Notes: generated by a model from the letters alone, not told the origin. A DNA stretch of 64,000 nt from Microgenomates group bacterium (GCA_049287205.1 JBAQFJ010000001.1:842505-906504), one strand, 5' to 3'. Counted from the stretch's first letter, positions 29,899 through 39,620 are shown. Numbers and translations: made by a program.

Positions 29899-31686
29899 CT
29901 ACGAGCTTTTTTCCAGCATGGTAAACTCTGTGGTAAGCCGAGCAAGATCTTCTTGAATGGTAGCCTCATCTTCAACGCTCGCTGTTTTCATACGGTCAGT
30001 AACATCCCGCATCTTCCTTTTTAGAATCGCTTTCTGTACTTCCTTGAGTGTTTTTAGCCATTCTTTTTTAAACAGGTCGCTTTTATCCGAATGTACAGCC
30101 AAATCCCAAAGATACGCCTCATCTAACACCGGCAAGAGTTCCTTTGGCAATGTTTTTGCAAATTCAATAACTGAAAAATCATCGTCTGGTACACCATAGT
30201 TCTTTATCTGTTCCATGATTCTCCGAACCCCCATATGTTTAAGCTCCGTAGGAGTAATCACTGAAAAAAATTCATTTGCCAACGTCTTTGTATCCCCTTG
30301 TAGTAGTAATCCAAGGCAATACAACTCCAATCGTTCCGGACCAGAAATAGCAAAGCTTTCTTTTTTACCTTCCGGCTCTTTTGATACCCGAAACGATTCA
30401 AGTGCCGGTTTTACCTTTTTCATTCCATCAATGATTGTTTCTTCTGAAACGCTTAGCTCTGTGGCAACTTTTTTAATGTAATGCCCCTGTACAATACTAT
30501 TTTCAATTTTGGAAAGTATCGGCAATAATTCTTCGCTCGCTTTCTTTTTTCCGAAGGCTGTGGTCGTGTCAAATCTTTTTTTGGATGAACTGATAAAATA
30601 ATCGTAAATTGGAACAGCGTTTTTCATTGCTTTTTTCAGCCCCACAGGATCTTCTCTTGCTGCTTCATCCGGATCTTTCCCCATTGGCATCACCGCTACC
30701 TTCATATCCATCCCTTCACGTTCCGCAATATCAATGCCGCGCCTCGCAGCCGCATCTCCCGCCACATCACTATCAAGCGCAAAAATAAGCCGTTCTGTAT
30801 ACCGTTTTAATAAATGGACGTGTCCTTCTGTAAGCGCCGCACCTTTAATTGCAACAACATTCGCAACACCTGATTGAAAAGAAGAGATAACATCAATTTC
30901 TCCTTCCATAAGAATCGCTTCATTGGCTTTTACAATTGCGTCCTGTGTAACATCCAGCCCAAAAAGCACATTACTTTTACTGTACACGGGGGTTTCTGAG
31001 GTATTGATATATTTTGCCTCTTTTATAGTAGGGTCTAACACCCGACCGGAAAATCCGACGACTTTCCCCCGATGATCACGAAGTGTAAACATCAGTCTTC
31101 CGCGAAAGCGATCATACAGTCCGCGATTACCGCGAAGCGCAAGTCCCGCTTTTTCAATAAGCGCATCACTATACTGTTTCTTTTTTAAGAATTGATACAA
31201 TGCCTCCCAACTGTTTGGACTGTATCCTAACCCAAATGTTTTAATTGATTTATCAGTTATCCCGCGGTTTTTCACATACAAAAGCGCTTTTTCTCCAAGC
31301 GGATGCTTGGTTAAAAGATATGTAAAATATGAACTTGCAAGTTCATTTATCTCATACATCGATTCTTTTAATTTTTTATCCGGAGAATCATTTTTTCTTT
31401 CCTGCAGTGCTACTCCCGCACGATTTGCCAGCTCCTCTAGCGCCTCGGGAAATTCCATATGTGTATACTCCATGACAAAATCAATGACTGATCCTCCTTT
31501 ACCGCATCCGAAACAATGGAACACTTGACGGTCAGGAGACACCATAAATGACGGGGTTTTTTCGTTATGAAAGGGACACAGTCCTTTGAAGTTTCGGCCG
31601 GATTTTTTCAGTGTTACTTTTTCACCAATAACATCAATAATATTTAATCTTGATTTAACTTCATCTGCATCGCCCATATGTGACAC
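29899..31686 (-). CDS. dnaG: DNA primase
   Basis: CHC2 zinc finger CPFHNEKTPSFMVSPDRQVFHCFGCGKGG. Toprim domain. Classic dnaG-rpoD arrangement. Confidence 0.9.
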   Translation of the reverse strand: MSHMGDADEVKSRLNIIDVIGEKVTLKKSGRNFKGLCPFHNEKTPSFMVSPDRQVFHCFGCGKGGSVIDFVMEYTHMEFPEALEELANRAGVALQERKNDSPDKKLKESMYEINELASSYFTYLLTKHPLGEKALLYVKNRGITDKSIKTFGLGYSPNSWEALYQFLKKKQYSDALIEKAGLALRGNRGLYDRFRGRLMFTLRDHRGKVVGFSGRVLDPTIKEAKYINTSETPVYSKSNVLFGLDVTQDAIVKANEAILMEGEIDVISSFQSGVANVVAIKGAALTEGHVHLLKRYTERLIFALDSDVAGDAAARRGIDIAEREGMDMKVAVMPMGKDPDEAAREDPVGLKKAMKNAVPIYDYFISSSKKRFDTTTAFGKKKASEELLPILSKIENSIVQGHYIKKVATELSVSEETIIDGMKKVKPALESFRVSKEPEGKKESFAISGPERLELYCLGLLLQGDTKTLANEFFSVITPTELKHMGVRRIMEQIKNYGVPDDDFSVIEFAKTLPKELLPVLDEAYLWDLAVHSDKSDLFKKEWLKTLKEVQKAILKRKMRDVTDRMKTASVEDEATIQEDLARLTTEFTMLEKSS

Positions 31687-31753
31687 TCCTCAAATTTATT
31701 GATACACAGCTCTTGGTTTAGAGAATACCACAAAACATAAAAATGGCAACTAT

Positions 31754-32224
31754 CTAAAGAAGAATTGGCAAAAGAAATGGAGTTTTCCGGTATTCGAGAT
31801 ATTGTCTGATCGTTTCTCCGTGGTCGAATGCGAATTCATCAAACGGAAGAAGTTTTTCAATTGGAATCCATTCCACTTTGGAAGATTCCCAATCTTTTTC
31901 GCCAGTTTTTTTAAGCGGTTTAACAATAAATTCTATGGTAATATTTTGCCTGTCTTCATGAGGCCTATTTGGATTCGTATTAATTTTAAAAAGTCGCACA
32001 ACTTCCCCTTCCCACCCTGTCTCCTCTTTGAGTTCCCGTATGGCACACTCCGCAGCTGTCTCATCACGCTCTAAAAATCCCGCAGGCAAACTCCATTTCC
32101 CTGTTTCAAGTATCGGCCCATCTCGTTTTTCCAAAAGTAAACATCCATCTTTCTCTACAACCATGTGCACGACAACATGACGAAGTGAAGCATTATTTCC
32201 GTTTTCAAAAGTACAAGTCAACAT
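31754..32224 (-). CDS. NUDIX hydrolase
   Basis: Nudix box GFLERDETAAECAIRELKEETG. Confidence 0.75.
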   Translation of the reverse strand: MLTCTFENGNNASLRHVVVHMVVEKDGCLLLEKRDGPILETGKWSLPAGFLERDETAAECAIRELKEETGWEGEVVRLFKINTNPNRPHEDRQNITIEFIVKPLKKTGEKDWESSKVEWIPIEKLLPFDEFAFDHGETIRQYLEYRKTPFLLPILL

Positions 32225-32239
32225 ATACGTAGTATAGAA

Positions 32240-33475
32240 CTATTTCTGTAGCTTTCCAGCAACCCACCCTGATGCCCACGCCCAAGACAAATTATATCCG
32301 CCAACATCGCCATCTACATCTAGCAGTTCACCTGCAATATACAAATGTGGAGCTTTTGTGGACGCAAGAGTGGATACATCAACTTCATCAGCAGATATAC
32401 CCCCTGAAGTAAATTCCGCTTCATTCCATCCACGAGTCCCTGTAATGATTAATTCGTACCTTGTCAGTGTTTCAACTAGTCTCATTTTTTCTTCACTCGT
32501 TATAGTACTTGCTGTGGTTTCTTTTTGTATATTTGAGGCTGCGCATAGTGCATTTGCAACTTTTACGGTAAACAATCCCCATAAACTTCTTGCGATAGAC
32601 TGGTTTGGATCTCTTAATAATCGCTTTTCCACGCGGTCACGAATTTCTTCTTTTCCAACACCGGGGAAAAATGACAAATACAGTGGAATGCTTTGTTCAT
32701 GCTCTCTGTTTATTTGTATAGAAATATCCCGCGAAATATCAAAAACTGCAGAACCTGAAATACCATATTGTGTAAACAACACATCACCCACACACATATG
32801 TTCCTTTGTGGATATTTCCATCGTTACCCGTTCCCCCTGAAGAAAATGACATAATACATTTTTTGTAACCAAGGGCACTGCGCTTGGAACCGGCTCTATG
32901 ATTGTGTGCCCGACACTACGCGCCAACACATATCCTGAACCATTTGACCCAAGGGACGGATATGTCATCCCGCCACAAGTAAGAATAATGCTCTGAGAAA
33001 CAATGGTAGTGTTATCAGTACTAATGTTCCAACCATTATCTTTTTGAGAAATTCCAGTTACTTCTGTGGAAATACGTATATCAATCTTATTTTTCTGCAA
33101 TTCATCGACTAGAATGTCGCGAACTGTTTTTGCGTTATCAATAACCGGAAATATTTTTCCTCTTCCTGTCTTTTGTTCCTCATAGAGCGGAATACCCATA
33201 TCTACAAAAAAGGACTTAATTTTTTTTCCGTCATATTGAGAAAATACTTCTTTCATCAAAGCTGATTTTCCATGAAAATGAGCAAGGATGTTGTCATCTA
33301 AATTGGCGTTAGTGAGATTCCCTCTTCCGGCTCCCGCCACAAGTATTTTTCTCCCCAATTCAAACGTATGGTCAATAATACAAATTGTTGCTTCTTTATG
33401 ATGCTGACGGGCTGAAAAGGCCGCCATCATACCGGCAGCTCCACCCCCAATAATACAAATAGTATAGGTATCCAT
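32240..33475 (-). CDS. HI0933/BaiN-family FAD-dependent flavoprotein
   Basis: N-terminal ICIIGGGAAGMMAA dinucleotide-binding motif. Family-typical length. Confidence 0.75.
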   Translation of the reverse strand: MDTYTICIIGGGAAGMMAAFSARQHHKEATICIIDHTFELGRKILVAGAGRGNLTNANLDDNILAHFHGKSALMKEVFSQYDGKKIKSFFVDMGIPLYEEQKTGRGKIFPVIDNAKTVRDILVDELQKNKIDIRISTEVTGISQKDNGWNISTDNTTIVSQSIILTCGGMTYPSLGSNGSGYVLARSVGHTIIEPVPSAVPLVTKNVLCHFLQGERVTMEISTKEHMCVGDVLFTQYGISGSAVFDISRDISIQINREHEQSIPLYLSFFPGVGKEEIRDRVEKRLLRDPNQSIARSLWGLFTVKVANALCAASNIQKETTASTITSEEKMRLVETLTRYELIITGTRGWNEAEFTSGGISADEVDVSTLASTKAPHLYIAGELLDVDGDVGGYNLSWAWASGWVAGKLQK

Positions 33476-33542
33476 TGCATTTGATTATAAATCAAATATA
33501 ACTTCTATACACATAGGCGTTTCCTTTGTATAATCAAACTCT

Positions 33543-34178
33543 ATGAATATCATCATGAATCTGGTCAATTTTATATTGCATATTGACACACATCTCGTTC
33601 AATTAGTTTCCACATATGGCGTCATCACCTATGCAATCATTTTCGGAATTATTTTTATAGAAACAGGTCTTGTGCTGACACCATTTTTACCGGGAGACTC
33701 ACTTCTTTTTGCAACAGGTGCTCTTGCTGCACTCGGATCATTTAATGTTTGGCTTATTCTTCCTTTAATGATCCTTGCCGCAATATTAGGCGATACATCC
33801 AACTATTGGATTGGACATTTTTTTGGAGAAAAAATGATCGCGAATCCAAAAATCCCCATCAAAAAAGAACACATCGAAAAAACGAACGCATTCTTTGAAA
33901 AATACGGAGGCAAAACAATTATTCTTGCCAGATTTGTTCCTATTGTCAGAACATTTGCGCCGTTTGTTGCGGGTGTCGGAAAAATGCACTACGGAAAATT
34001 TATTTCCTATAACATTATCGGCGGCATTGCATGGGTTTCAATATTTATTCTTGCAGGATATTTCTTCGGCAATATGGAATCTATTAAGGAAAACTTTTCA
34101 ATAGTTGTCATGGCAATTATCTTGATCTCTGTTATACCGATGGTGTTTGAAGCGGTGAAGCACAAGCTAAAAAAATAA
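33543..34178 (+). CDS. DedA/VTT-domain membrane protein
   Basis: [24 protein letters not shown] motif. Confidence 0.85.
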   Translation: MNIIMNLVNFILHIDTHLVQLVSTYGVITYAIIFGIIFIETGLVLTPFLPGDSLLFATGALAALGSFNVWLILPLMILAAILGDTSNYWIGHFFGEKMIANPKIPIKKEHIEKTNAFFEKYGGKTIILARFVPIVRTFAPFVAGVGKMHYGKFISYNIIGGIAWVSIFILAGYFFGNMESIKENFSIVVMAIILISVIPMVFEAVKHKLKK

Positions 34179-34187
34179 CGCTCGTTT

Positions 34188-34969
34188 TTATTTTTTCAAC
34201 TTTCGATATATATCCTCATCAATCATTGACGCTTTACAAGGGGAAACCGCGATATGACCCCTTTGTATCACTTGAACATCCGTATCCGCATCACCCATGG
34301 TCAGCATATGATCGCCTGATACATAAGAAAACATACCTGTTTTTTTATTTAACTCCATCGGTGGCCACAATCCACGCATAATTTCAAGCGGTTTAGCAAA
34401 TTCTACGATGGTCGTATGATGTGCAGGAATATTAATATTGGCAATACTTGCCCCCCAACACTTTGTACGAAATGCTTCATCTAAAATATTCTTTGCTGAC
34501 ATTCCCGGATGTTTAATGAATGCTTCAATCCCGTCTGTTTTGGTATGCCGGGTAAAATGATGTTTGGAGGAAATATCCCAACTAATAGCGATAGCCCGCG
34601 GAGCAAGACCGAGATTTATTCCGTAAAACGCTGCCGAAAATGTTCCGGAGCTACATAAACTACCACCAACATTAATACCCCAATTCATGCCGGAGACAAT
34701 ATAGTCAAATGGATGTGTATACCATGATTTAGCCGCTTCGATTGCATCAACCGGCGTACCGTTCACCCATAATGCAGGAACTCCATCAACTTTTTCCACT
34801 CCCCATTCTCCCGTTCCTGTAATTGATTTATGTCCGCCAACCCCGCTTTGTTGTTTTTTTGTTCCTGCAATAGAAAGCTTATGTGAGTTTTTCAATATAT
34901 GAATCAGGACACGAGTCCCTAAAGAATCATACCCATCATCACCGGTTAAAAGTATTGATTTTTTATTCA
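34188..34969 (-). CDS. surE: 5'/3'-nucleotidase SurE
   Basis: MNKKSILLTGDDGYDS N-terminus (SurE DDG motif). The track ORF continues upstream through the tRNA-Ser gene from a TTG and is not credible there. Confidence 0.8.
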
Positions 34970-34972
34970 TAA

Positions 34973-35061
34973 GCGGAGGAGACAGGATTCGAACCTGCGA
35001 TGAGGTTGCCCCCAAACAGACTTTCCAGGTCTGCGCCATAAACCAACTAGGCGACTCCTCC
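34973..35061 (-). tRNA. tRNA-Ser (GGA)
   Basis: GGAGGAG acceptor, anticodon loop CUGGAAA, long variable arm, T loop UUCGAAU. Confidence 0.8.
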
Positions 35062-35066
35062 AAATA

Positions 35067-35315
35067 TTAAAATTGCGAAACTATCTTTTTCTTTTCTAAA
35101 TATCCTTTTGGATGTTTTAAAAACCACTCCCTTGTATACGCCTCTTTTTTATTCTCAAAACTTTCTATATATTTCAAAACCCACGGTCTATACGGTTTCG
35201 TCGATTTTGATTTTCCTTTGTTATGTTCCTCCAACCTTCTCTCAATATTATCTGAAACACCAATATACCATCTCTTATAGATGTCGCTTTTCAAAAAATA
35301 AACAATCCAAGCCAT
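35067..35315 (-). CDS. GIY-YIG nuclease family protein (YhbQ/UPF0213-like)
   Basis: WYIGVSDNIERRLEEHNKG matches the GIY-YIG core (Y-x-G ... R ... E-H). Confidence 0.75.
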   Translation of the reverse strand: MAWIVYFLKSDIYKRWYIGVSDNIERRLEEHNKGKSKSTKPYRPWVLKYIESFENKKEAYTREWFLKHPKGYLEKKKIVSQF

Positions 35316-35359
35316 AAACCAAAGCCGACGGCTGCCCTTCGGGCCTAGGCGACTCCTCC
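35311..35359. repeat. duplicated 5' fragment of tRNA-Ser(GGA) interrupted by a 22-nt GC hairpin
   Basis: gccataaaccaa + [agccgacggctgcccttcgggc] + ctaggcgactcctcc repeats nt 1-27 of the tRNA at 35035-35061. The GIY-YIG ATG lies inside the copy. Confidence 0.5.
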
Positions 35360-35406
35360 TTGGAAAAACTTATCGAATTATATCATTCTTGCGATATAAT
35401 CGGAGT

Positions 35407-36312
35407 ATGTCGAAAAAACATCTCGCGTTCCTCGCAATTTTTGTCGCCTCTCTTCTCTGGTCAACTTCAGGTGTTTCAGCAAAAATTCTTGTTGCCGATG
35501 TTAACCCGATTGTTATCAGCATGTATCGATTTTTTATCGCCTCGTTATGCATCCTACCGTTTTTTATCAGACAAAAACATAAACACTTTCCATGGAAACA
35601 ACTGCTCATGCCGACAATTATTGGAGGACTGAGCGCTCCATTGTTTTTTCTTGGCATCAAAACAACGCTCGCTAATTCAGGAACACTCATCTATACCGCC
35701 ACTCCTCTTGTCACCGCAATACTTGCATATTTCCTTATCCGTGAAAAAAATTCCTTGTCAAAATGGATAGGGATTCTTATCGGACTCATCGGAGTTATTC
35801 TCATAATCCTGCTCCCAACTTATGAAACAAAAACTGCTATGACGGGCAATCTTCAAGGCAATATGCTTATCACAGCGGGAATGCTTTGTTGGACTGTATA
35901 TGCAATTTTATGCCGAAAACTCAGACTGAATAATCAGGTATCTTCAATTACAACGACATCAATATATTTTTTTGTATCCACCATTCTCTGTTTTCTATTT
36001 TTAACAGTCACAAACGAACCGTTATTCCCCGCCGCACTTTTTTCATCACCAACACATCTCGGGGTACTTATCTATTTAGCAATAGGATTAACGCTCATCA
36101 CATTTTCTCTTTACCAGTGGGCTATCGGTTATCTTAGCGCCACCACTGCATCATTTAAACAATATATTGAGGTGGTGTTTGCCATTATCGTCAATGGAAT
36201 ATTTCTTGGAGAAAAAATGACCACCGGATTTCTCATTGGAGCCTCTCTTGTTGTTTTAGGTCTTATTGTCGCAACGGTCGGAAAAATGAACAGTTTAAGA
36301 AGAAATAAATAA
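35407..36312 (+). CDS. EamA/DMT-family transporter
   Basis: 10 TM helices. WSTSGVSAKILV EamA-like motif. ATG 35407 preferred over 35389. Confidence 0.75.
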   Translation: MSKKHLAFLAIFVASLLWSTSGVSAKILVADVNPIVISMYRFFIASLCILPFFIRQKHKHFPWKQLLMPTIIGGLSAPLFFLGIKTTLANSGTLIYTATPLVTAILAYFLIREKNSLSKWIGILIGLIGVILIILLPTYETKTAMTGNLQGNMLITAGMLCWTVYAILCRKLRLNNQVSSITTTSIYFFVSTILCFLFLTVTNEPLFPAALFSSPTHLGVLIYLAIGLTLITFSLYQWAIGYLSATTASFKQYIEVVFAIIVNGIFLGEKMTTGFLIGASLVVLGLIVATVGKMNSLRRNK

Positions 36313-36314
36313 CT

Positions 36315-36389
36315 TGGCGCTCCTGTGCAGAGTCGAACTGCAATTACAGCCTCCGGAGGGCCGCGTTCTATCCATTGAACTACAGAAGC
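36315..36389 (-). tRNA. tRNA-Arg (CCG)
   Basis: Acceptor GCUUCUG/CAGGAGC, anticodon loop CUCCGGA, T loop UUCGACU. CCA encoded. Confidence 0.85.
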
Positions 36390-36395
36390 AAATTT

Positions 36396-36821
36396 TTACG
36401 CTATTTTTGTGATATCCCGATCAATAACCATCGGCTGCATGGAATACATCTCAATCGAATAATTCATATCAGGAACAGGATTCATCAAAAAAATCTTTTT
36501 TCCAAGTCCATAAGCATGCCCCATCTCTAAAAATGTATTCCCACCGATATAACCTTCAATGCCTTTTTTTTCGTAGTTAAGAACGAGGATTGCGTCCGAC
36601 TCCTCAATCTTCCTGAAATGTTCCCGTATAAAATCGTACTCAATTTTTGCGCTTATCTTTACTTCATCTGCAATATCCGTTCTTGCCTCAATAGGCATTT
36701 CATCACTGAATGTATCAATTGGCACTAACACTTCATGTCCGAGAATTTCTAGTCCGTCTTTCACCGCACGCATTTCCATCCAAAATGACATACTTCCACA
36801 AATAGTAATTTTCATAATCAC
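36396..36821 (-). CDS. hypothetical protein (possible nucleoside 2-deoxyribosyltransferase-like fold)
   Basis: KITICGSMSF N-terminus typical of that Rossmann-like family. Weak. Confidence 0.3.
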   Translation of the reverse strand: MIMKITICGSMSFWMEMRAVKDGLEILGHEVLVPIDTFSDEMPIEARTDIADEVKISAKIEYDFIREHFRKIEESDAILVLNYEKKGIEGYIGGNTFLEMGHAYGLGKKIFLMNPVPDMNYSIEMYSMQPMVIDRDITKIA

Positions 36822-36885
36822 CTCTCTCCTTCGCGATCCGAATGCCGACTGCGTCCGCCGTAGTCCAGCTTAAGGCGAGCGAAGG

Positions 36886-36971
36886 CGGAGGATGCAGGAT
36901 TCGAACCTGCGCCTCCCTTTCGGGAGAACAGTTTTCGAGACTGTCGCCGTAAACCACTTGGCTAATCCTCC
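36886..36971 (-). tRNA. tRNA-Ser (CGA)
   Basis: GGAGGAU acceptor, anticodon loop CUCGAAA, long variable arm, T loop UUCGAAU. Confidence 0.85.
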
Positions 36972-36980
36972 TTGTAGCAT

Positions 36981-37008
36981 GTGCGTCGCGTCAAACGCGA
37001 CAGCCACG
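36981..37008. repeat. 28-bp palindrome-containing repeat, copy 1 (gtgcgtcgcgtcaaacgcgacagccacg)
   Basis: Exact 28/28 match to 37689-37716. Contains GTCGCG-tcaaa-CGCGAC inverted repeat. Located between tRNA-Arg(GCG) and tRNA-Ser(CGA). Confidence 0.6.
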
Positions 37009-37015
37009 TTTGACG

Positions 37016-37090
37016 TGGCGCTCTCGCACAGAATCGAACTGTGATCAGAGCTTCCGCAAAGCCCTATTCTATCCGTTGAACTACGAGAGC
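37016..37090 (-). tRNA. tRNA-Arg (GCG)
   Basis: Acceptor GCUCUCG/CGAGAGC, anticodon loop UUGCGGA, T loop UUCGAUU. CCA encoded. Confidence 0.8.
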
Positions 37091-37126
37091 TAATATGCGC
37101 ATTTTACTACGAAACGAGACCTGAGG

Positions 37127-37648
37127 CTACACACCGGGTTTTTCCAGAGGAATTTTTTTAGAAAGCCAAGATGACGCATTCTCCACCCATGACCGTTCCG
37201 GATGTTCTCGGAATGGAATATACTTTTCCAACACTTCCTGCACGCTTTTTTTATCTTGTTCGCCCAATAGAATAATAATACGCGGCCCAATCATTGGTTG
37301 CAGCAACAACAACTGCTGATCCCACTGCGCCTCAAACCAAAATGCGGCTATCTCTTCCCACCGATAATAGTGTCCCGCGCTTTCAATTCCTAAACTTGTT
37401 ACCCGATGCGCAACATCTTCCGGAGGGACAGTTGATAATACATAAATCAGAAACACAATGGAAAGCACTGCGGCAACCAACACAAATTCACGGGCAAAAA
37501 TAAGAATAACAACGAGAAGAAAAACAATCGCGCCAATATTAGTAAAATACTCTTTATTCCGCCGTTTAAACAGCCTTGAGGGAGATGTCCAGCTTATATA
37601 TACTTCTTCTTTTGGATTTTTGTTTTCGGAGGCAGACGATTGATCCAT
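37127..37648 (-). CDS. hypothetical membrane protein
   Basis: Internal ATG at 37648 (MDQSSASENK...). The track's upstream extension crosses tRNA-Ser(TGA). Two TM helices. Confidence 0.45.
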   Translation of the reverse strand: MDQSSASENKNPKEEVYISWTSPSRLFKRRNKEYFTNIGAIVFLLVVILIFAREFVLVAAVLSIVFLIYVLSTVPPEDVAHRVTSLGIESAGHYYRWEEIAAFWFEAQWDQQLLLLQPMIGPRIIILLGEQDKKSVQEVLEKYIPFREHPERSWVENASSWLSKKIPLEKPGV

Positions 37649-37688
37649 ACAGTCAGTATATACTACAAAATAAAAAAGTAGAAGTAAC

Positions 37689-37716
37689 GTGCGTCGCGTC
37701 AAACGCGACAGCCACG
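37689..37716. repeat. 28-bp palindrome-containing repeat, copy 2
   Basis: Identical to 36981-37008. Lies between the start of gene 37127-37648 and the 3' end of tRNA-Ser(TGA). Confidence 0.6.
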
Positions 37717-37727
37717 GCGGACGAAGG

Positions 37728-37809
37728 CGGAGGATACAGGGGTCGAACCTGTTAGGGATTGCTCCCACGAGTTTTCAAGACTCGCGCATTACCGTCCTGC
37801 CCACCCTCC
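37728..37809 (-). tRNA. tRNA-Ser (TGA)
   Basis: GGAGGGU acceptor, anticodon loop CUUGAAA, long variable arm, T loop UUCGACC. Confidence 0.85.
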
Positions 37810-37847
37810 AGTGGTTTTTCTTACATCTCTCTTTCACGATCTACAAG

Positions 37848-37935
37848 CGGAGGAGACAGGATTTGAACCTGCGCGAGCTATTACTAGCTCAAGGGTTTAG
37901 CAAACCCTCGCAATGGACCACTATGCGACTCCTCC
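37848..37935 (-). tRNA. tRNA-Ser (GCT)
   Basis: GGAGGAG acceptor, anticodon loop UUGCUAA, long variable arm, T loop UUCAAAU. Confidence 0.85.
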
Positions 37936-38050
37936 AAAAAAATTCAGCTTACAATAACGCATTATATCAAGATTTGCCTTATTCTGGCGACTATTGTTTC
38001 TTTACCCTTCCCCTTCTGCTAGACTGTACTAAAGAAAGGAACAACCTTAT

Positions 38051-38431
38051 ATGCAACAACGTCATCAAATCTATCAATGTTCCGTCTGCAAAAATGTTGT
38101 AGAGATCTTGCGTCCAGGGAGTGAAATCACTGAAGTGTGTCATAAACCGCTCCTTGTCCCTACAAAAACAGATGACGTGGGACAAGAAAAACATATTCCC
38201 GTTGTAACAAAATCTGAATATGGCATTCATGTTGCAATCGGTTCTGTGCCTCATCCTATGGAAGAGACTCATTTTATTGAATGGATAGAAATCATCGCTG
38301 GTAAAAAAACCTATCGGGTATATTTATCGCCTGGCGAAAAACCGGAGGCAGATTTTCCAAAAATCGAAGAACCATTTATTGTCCGAGAGTTCTGTAATAT
38401 TCACGGACTTTGGGAAACAACTGTTGAATAA
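38051..38431 (+). CDS. dfx: desulfoferrodoxin / superoxide reductase (2Fe-SOR type)
   Basis: N-terminal desulforedoxin-like Cys cluster (YQCSVCKNV ... VCHKP). SOR domain EKHIPV ... HPM ... HFIEWIE ... EFCNIHGLW. Confidence 0.8.
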   Translation: MQQRHQIYQCSVCKNVVEILRPGSEITEVCHKPLLVPTKTDDVGQEKHIPVVTKSEYGIHVAIGSVPHPMEETHFIEWIEIIAGKKTYRVYLSPGEKPEADFPKIEEPFIVREFCNIHGLWETTVE

Positions 38432-38436
38432 TTCAT

Positions 38437-39123
38437 TTACTGCGCTATCGTCAACCCCCATACGGTGGGTATACCTTTTCGTTTTAATACGGAAGCCGCA
38501 CTTCTCATTGTTGCACCCGTTGTAAACACATCATCAATCAATAAAACAACGGAATGATGAGATGATATATAAATGTTCGATACATCGAAAACATCCTTCA
38601 TGTTGCCCAGTCTCTCACTTCGATTTTTCATATCGACTTGCGGCAGTGTTTTCTTCATGCGAAAAAGAGTGTGCCCTTCTACCTGTATATCTAATTGTTT
38701 TCCAATATAGTTAGCAACAATTTCGCTTTGATTAAATCCACGATAATAAAGACGTGATGCATGCAAAGGAATCGGAATAATGAGTATGTTTTTTCCCTCC
38801 ATCTTCTGTTTCCAATCCGTTACACTATCTACATTTGCAGTGTCTAATACATCTTTTACTACACGAAAGGCAAAACGATATTTCATCTGCTTTATTGCAC
38901 GCTGAATAATGCCTGTATATGGATACAGGCTCAGTAACCCATCAAGTCCGTACCTTTTTTTACATCTTGGATGTGTCTGCCCATCCATTGCAGGTTTTCC
39001 GCACTCTGGACAGGTAAGATGGTGAAGTTTTGGCATCTTTTGTACACATTGTCTGCAACAATAGATGCCAAATTTCCCACAGCCTAAACAAAACTTGGGA
39101 TACAGATAATCGAAGATGGACAT
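38437..39123 (-). CDS. comFC: ComF/GntX-family phosphoribosyltransferase-domain protein
   Basis: N-terminal CxxC-x-CxxC zinc ribbon and C-terminal PRT motif VVLLIDDVFTTGATM. Confidence 0.75.
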   Translation of the reverse strand: MSIFDYLYPKFCLGCGKFGIYCCRQCVQKMPKLHHLTCPECGKPAMDGQTHPRCKKRYGLDGLLSLYPYTGIIQRAIKQMKYRFAFRVVKDVLDTANVDSVTDWKQKMEGKNILIIPIPLHASRLYYRGFNQSEIVANYIGKQLDIQVEGHTLFRMKKTLPQVDMKNRSERLGNMKDVFDVSNIYISSHHSVVLLIDDVFTTGATMRSAASVLKRKGIPTVWGLTIAQ

Positions 39124-39210
39124 ATTAAATTAAATGTTTATTACGAAATGCAAAACCAGCACTACTGTGGCCTGCCACGCGAAGCCCTGATGCAAAATCA
39201 AGGCGGAGTG

Positions 39211-39620
39211 TGGAGATGCCGGGGGTGAGCCCGGGTCCAAAAACGTAAATAACAAACGTCTACAAGCGTAGTCTATGTGATTTCCTACTTACCTTAGAAC
39301 ATAGACAAAAAAGTAAATAGGGTGTGACTGAAATAAACTCCGAAATCGAGCCAGTCGTCTCGATCTCTGACGCTCCAGCTATATTTTCACCCAAAAATTA
39401 CTCGCTGGAAAACAGTAAAATCCGGATGATTCCTTATGCTCGTGCGAATGCAAAAGCAGGGGAATTCTTGAAAGCTAATGCCTGTTCAAGTTGAGCAAGT
39501 TTCGCTTCAAGCTTACTGAGGGTTGTATCAGCATGTATTTTTTGATACCTGATTAACGACAATGTATCCATGTCGGCTTGCTGTTTGTCAAAGTGCATTC
39601 CTGTCGAATCGTACATCCCC
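39211..39620 (-). ncRNA. ssrA: tmRNA (SsrA)
   Basis: 5' end GGGGAUGUACGAUUCGACAGG matches the tmRNA consensus. PK1 CGACA/UGUCG + GGAUAC/GUAUC. GCU resume codon 11 nt after PK1. In-frame tag ending NSPAFAFARA-UAA. 3' CAUCUCC pairs with the 5' GGGGAUG. Directly downstream of smpB. Confidence 0.65.

Noticed and set aside
39124-39620. tmRNA on the plus strand or a two-piece/permuted tmRNA
   Set aside because: Only the minus strand gives the GGGGAUG ... UUCGAC 5' end, PK1 and an acceptor pairing 5' and 3' ends in standard order.
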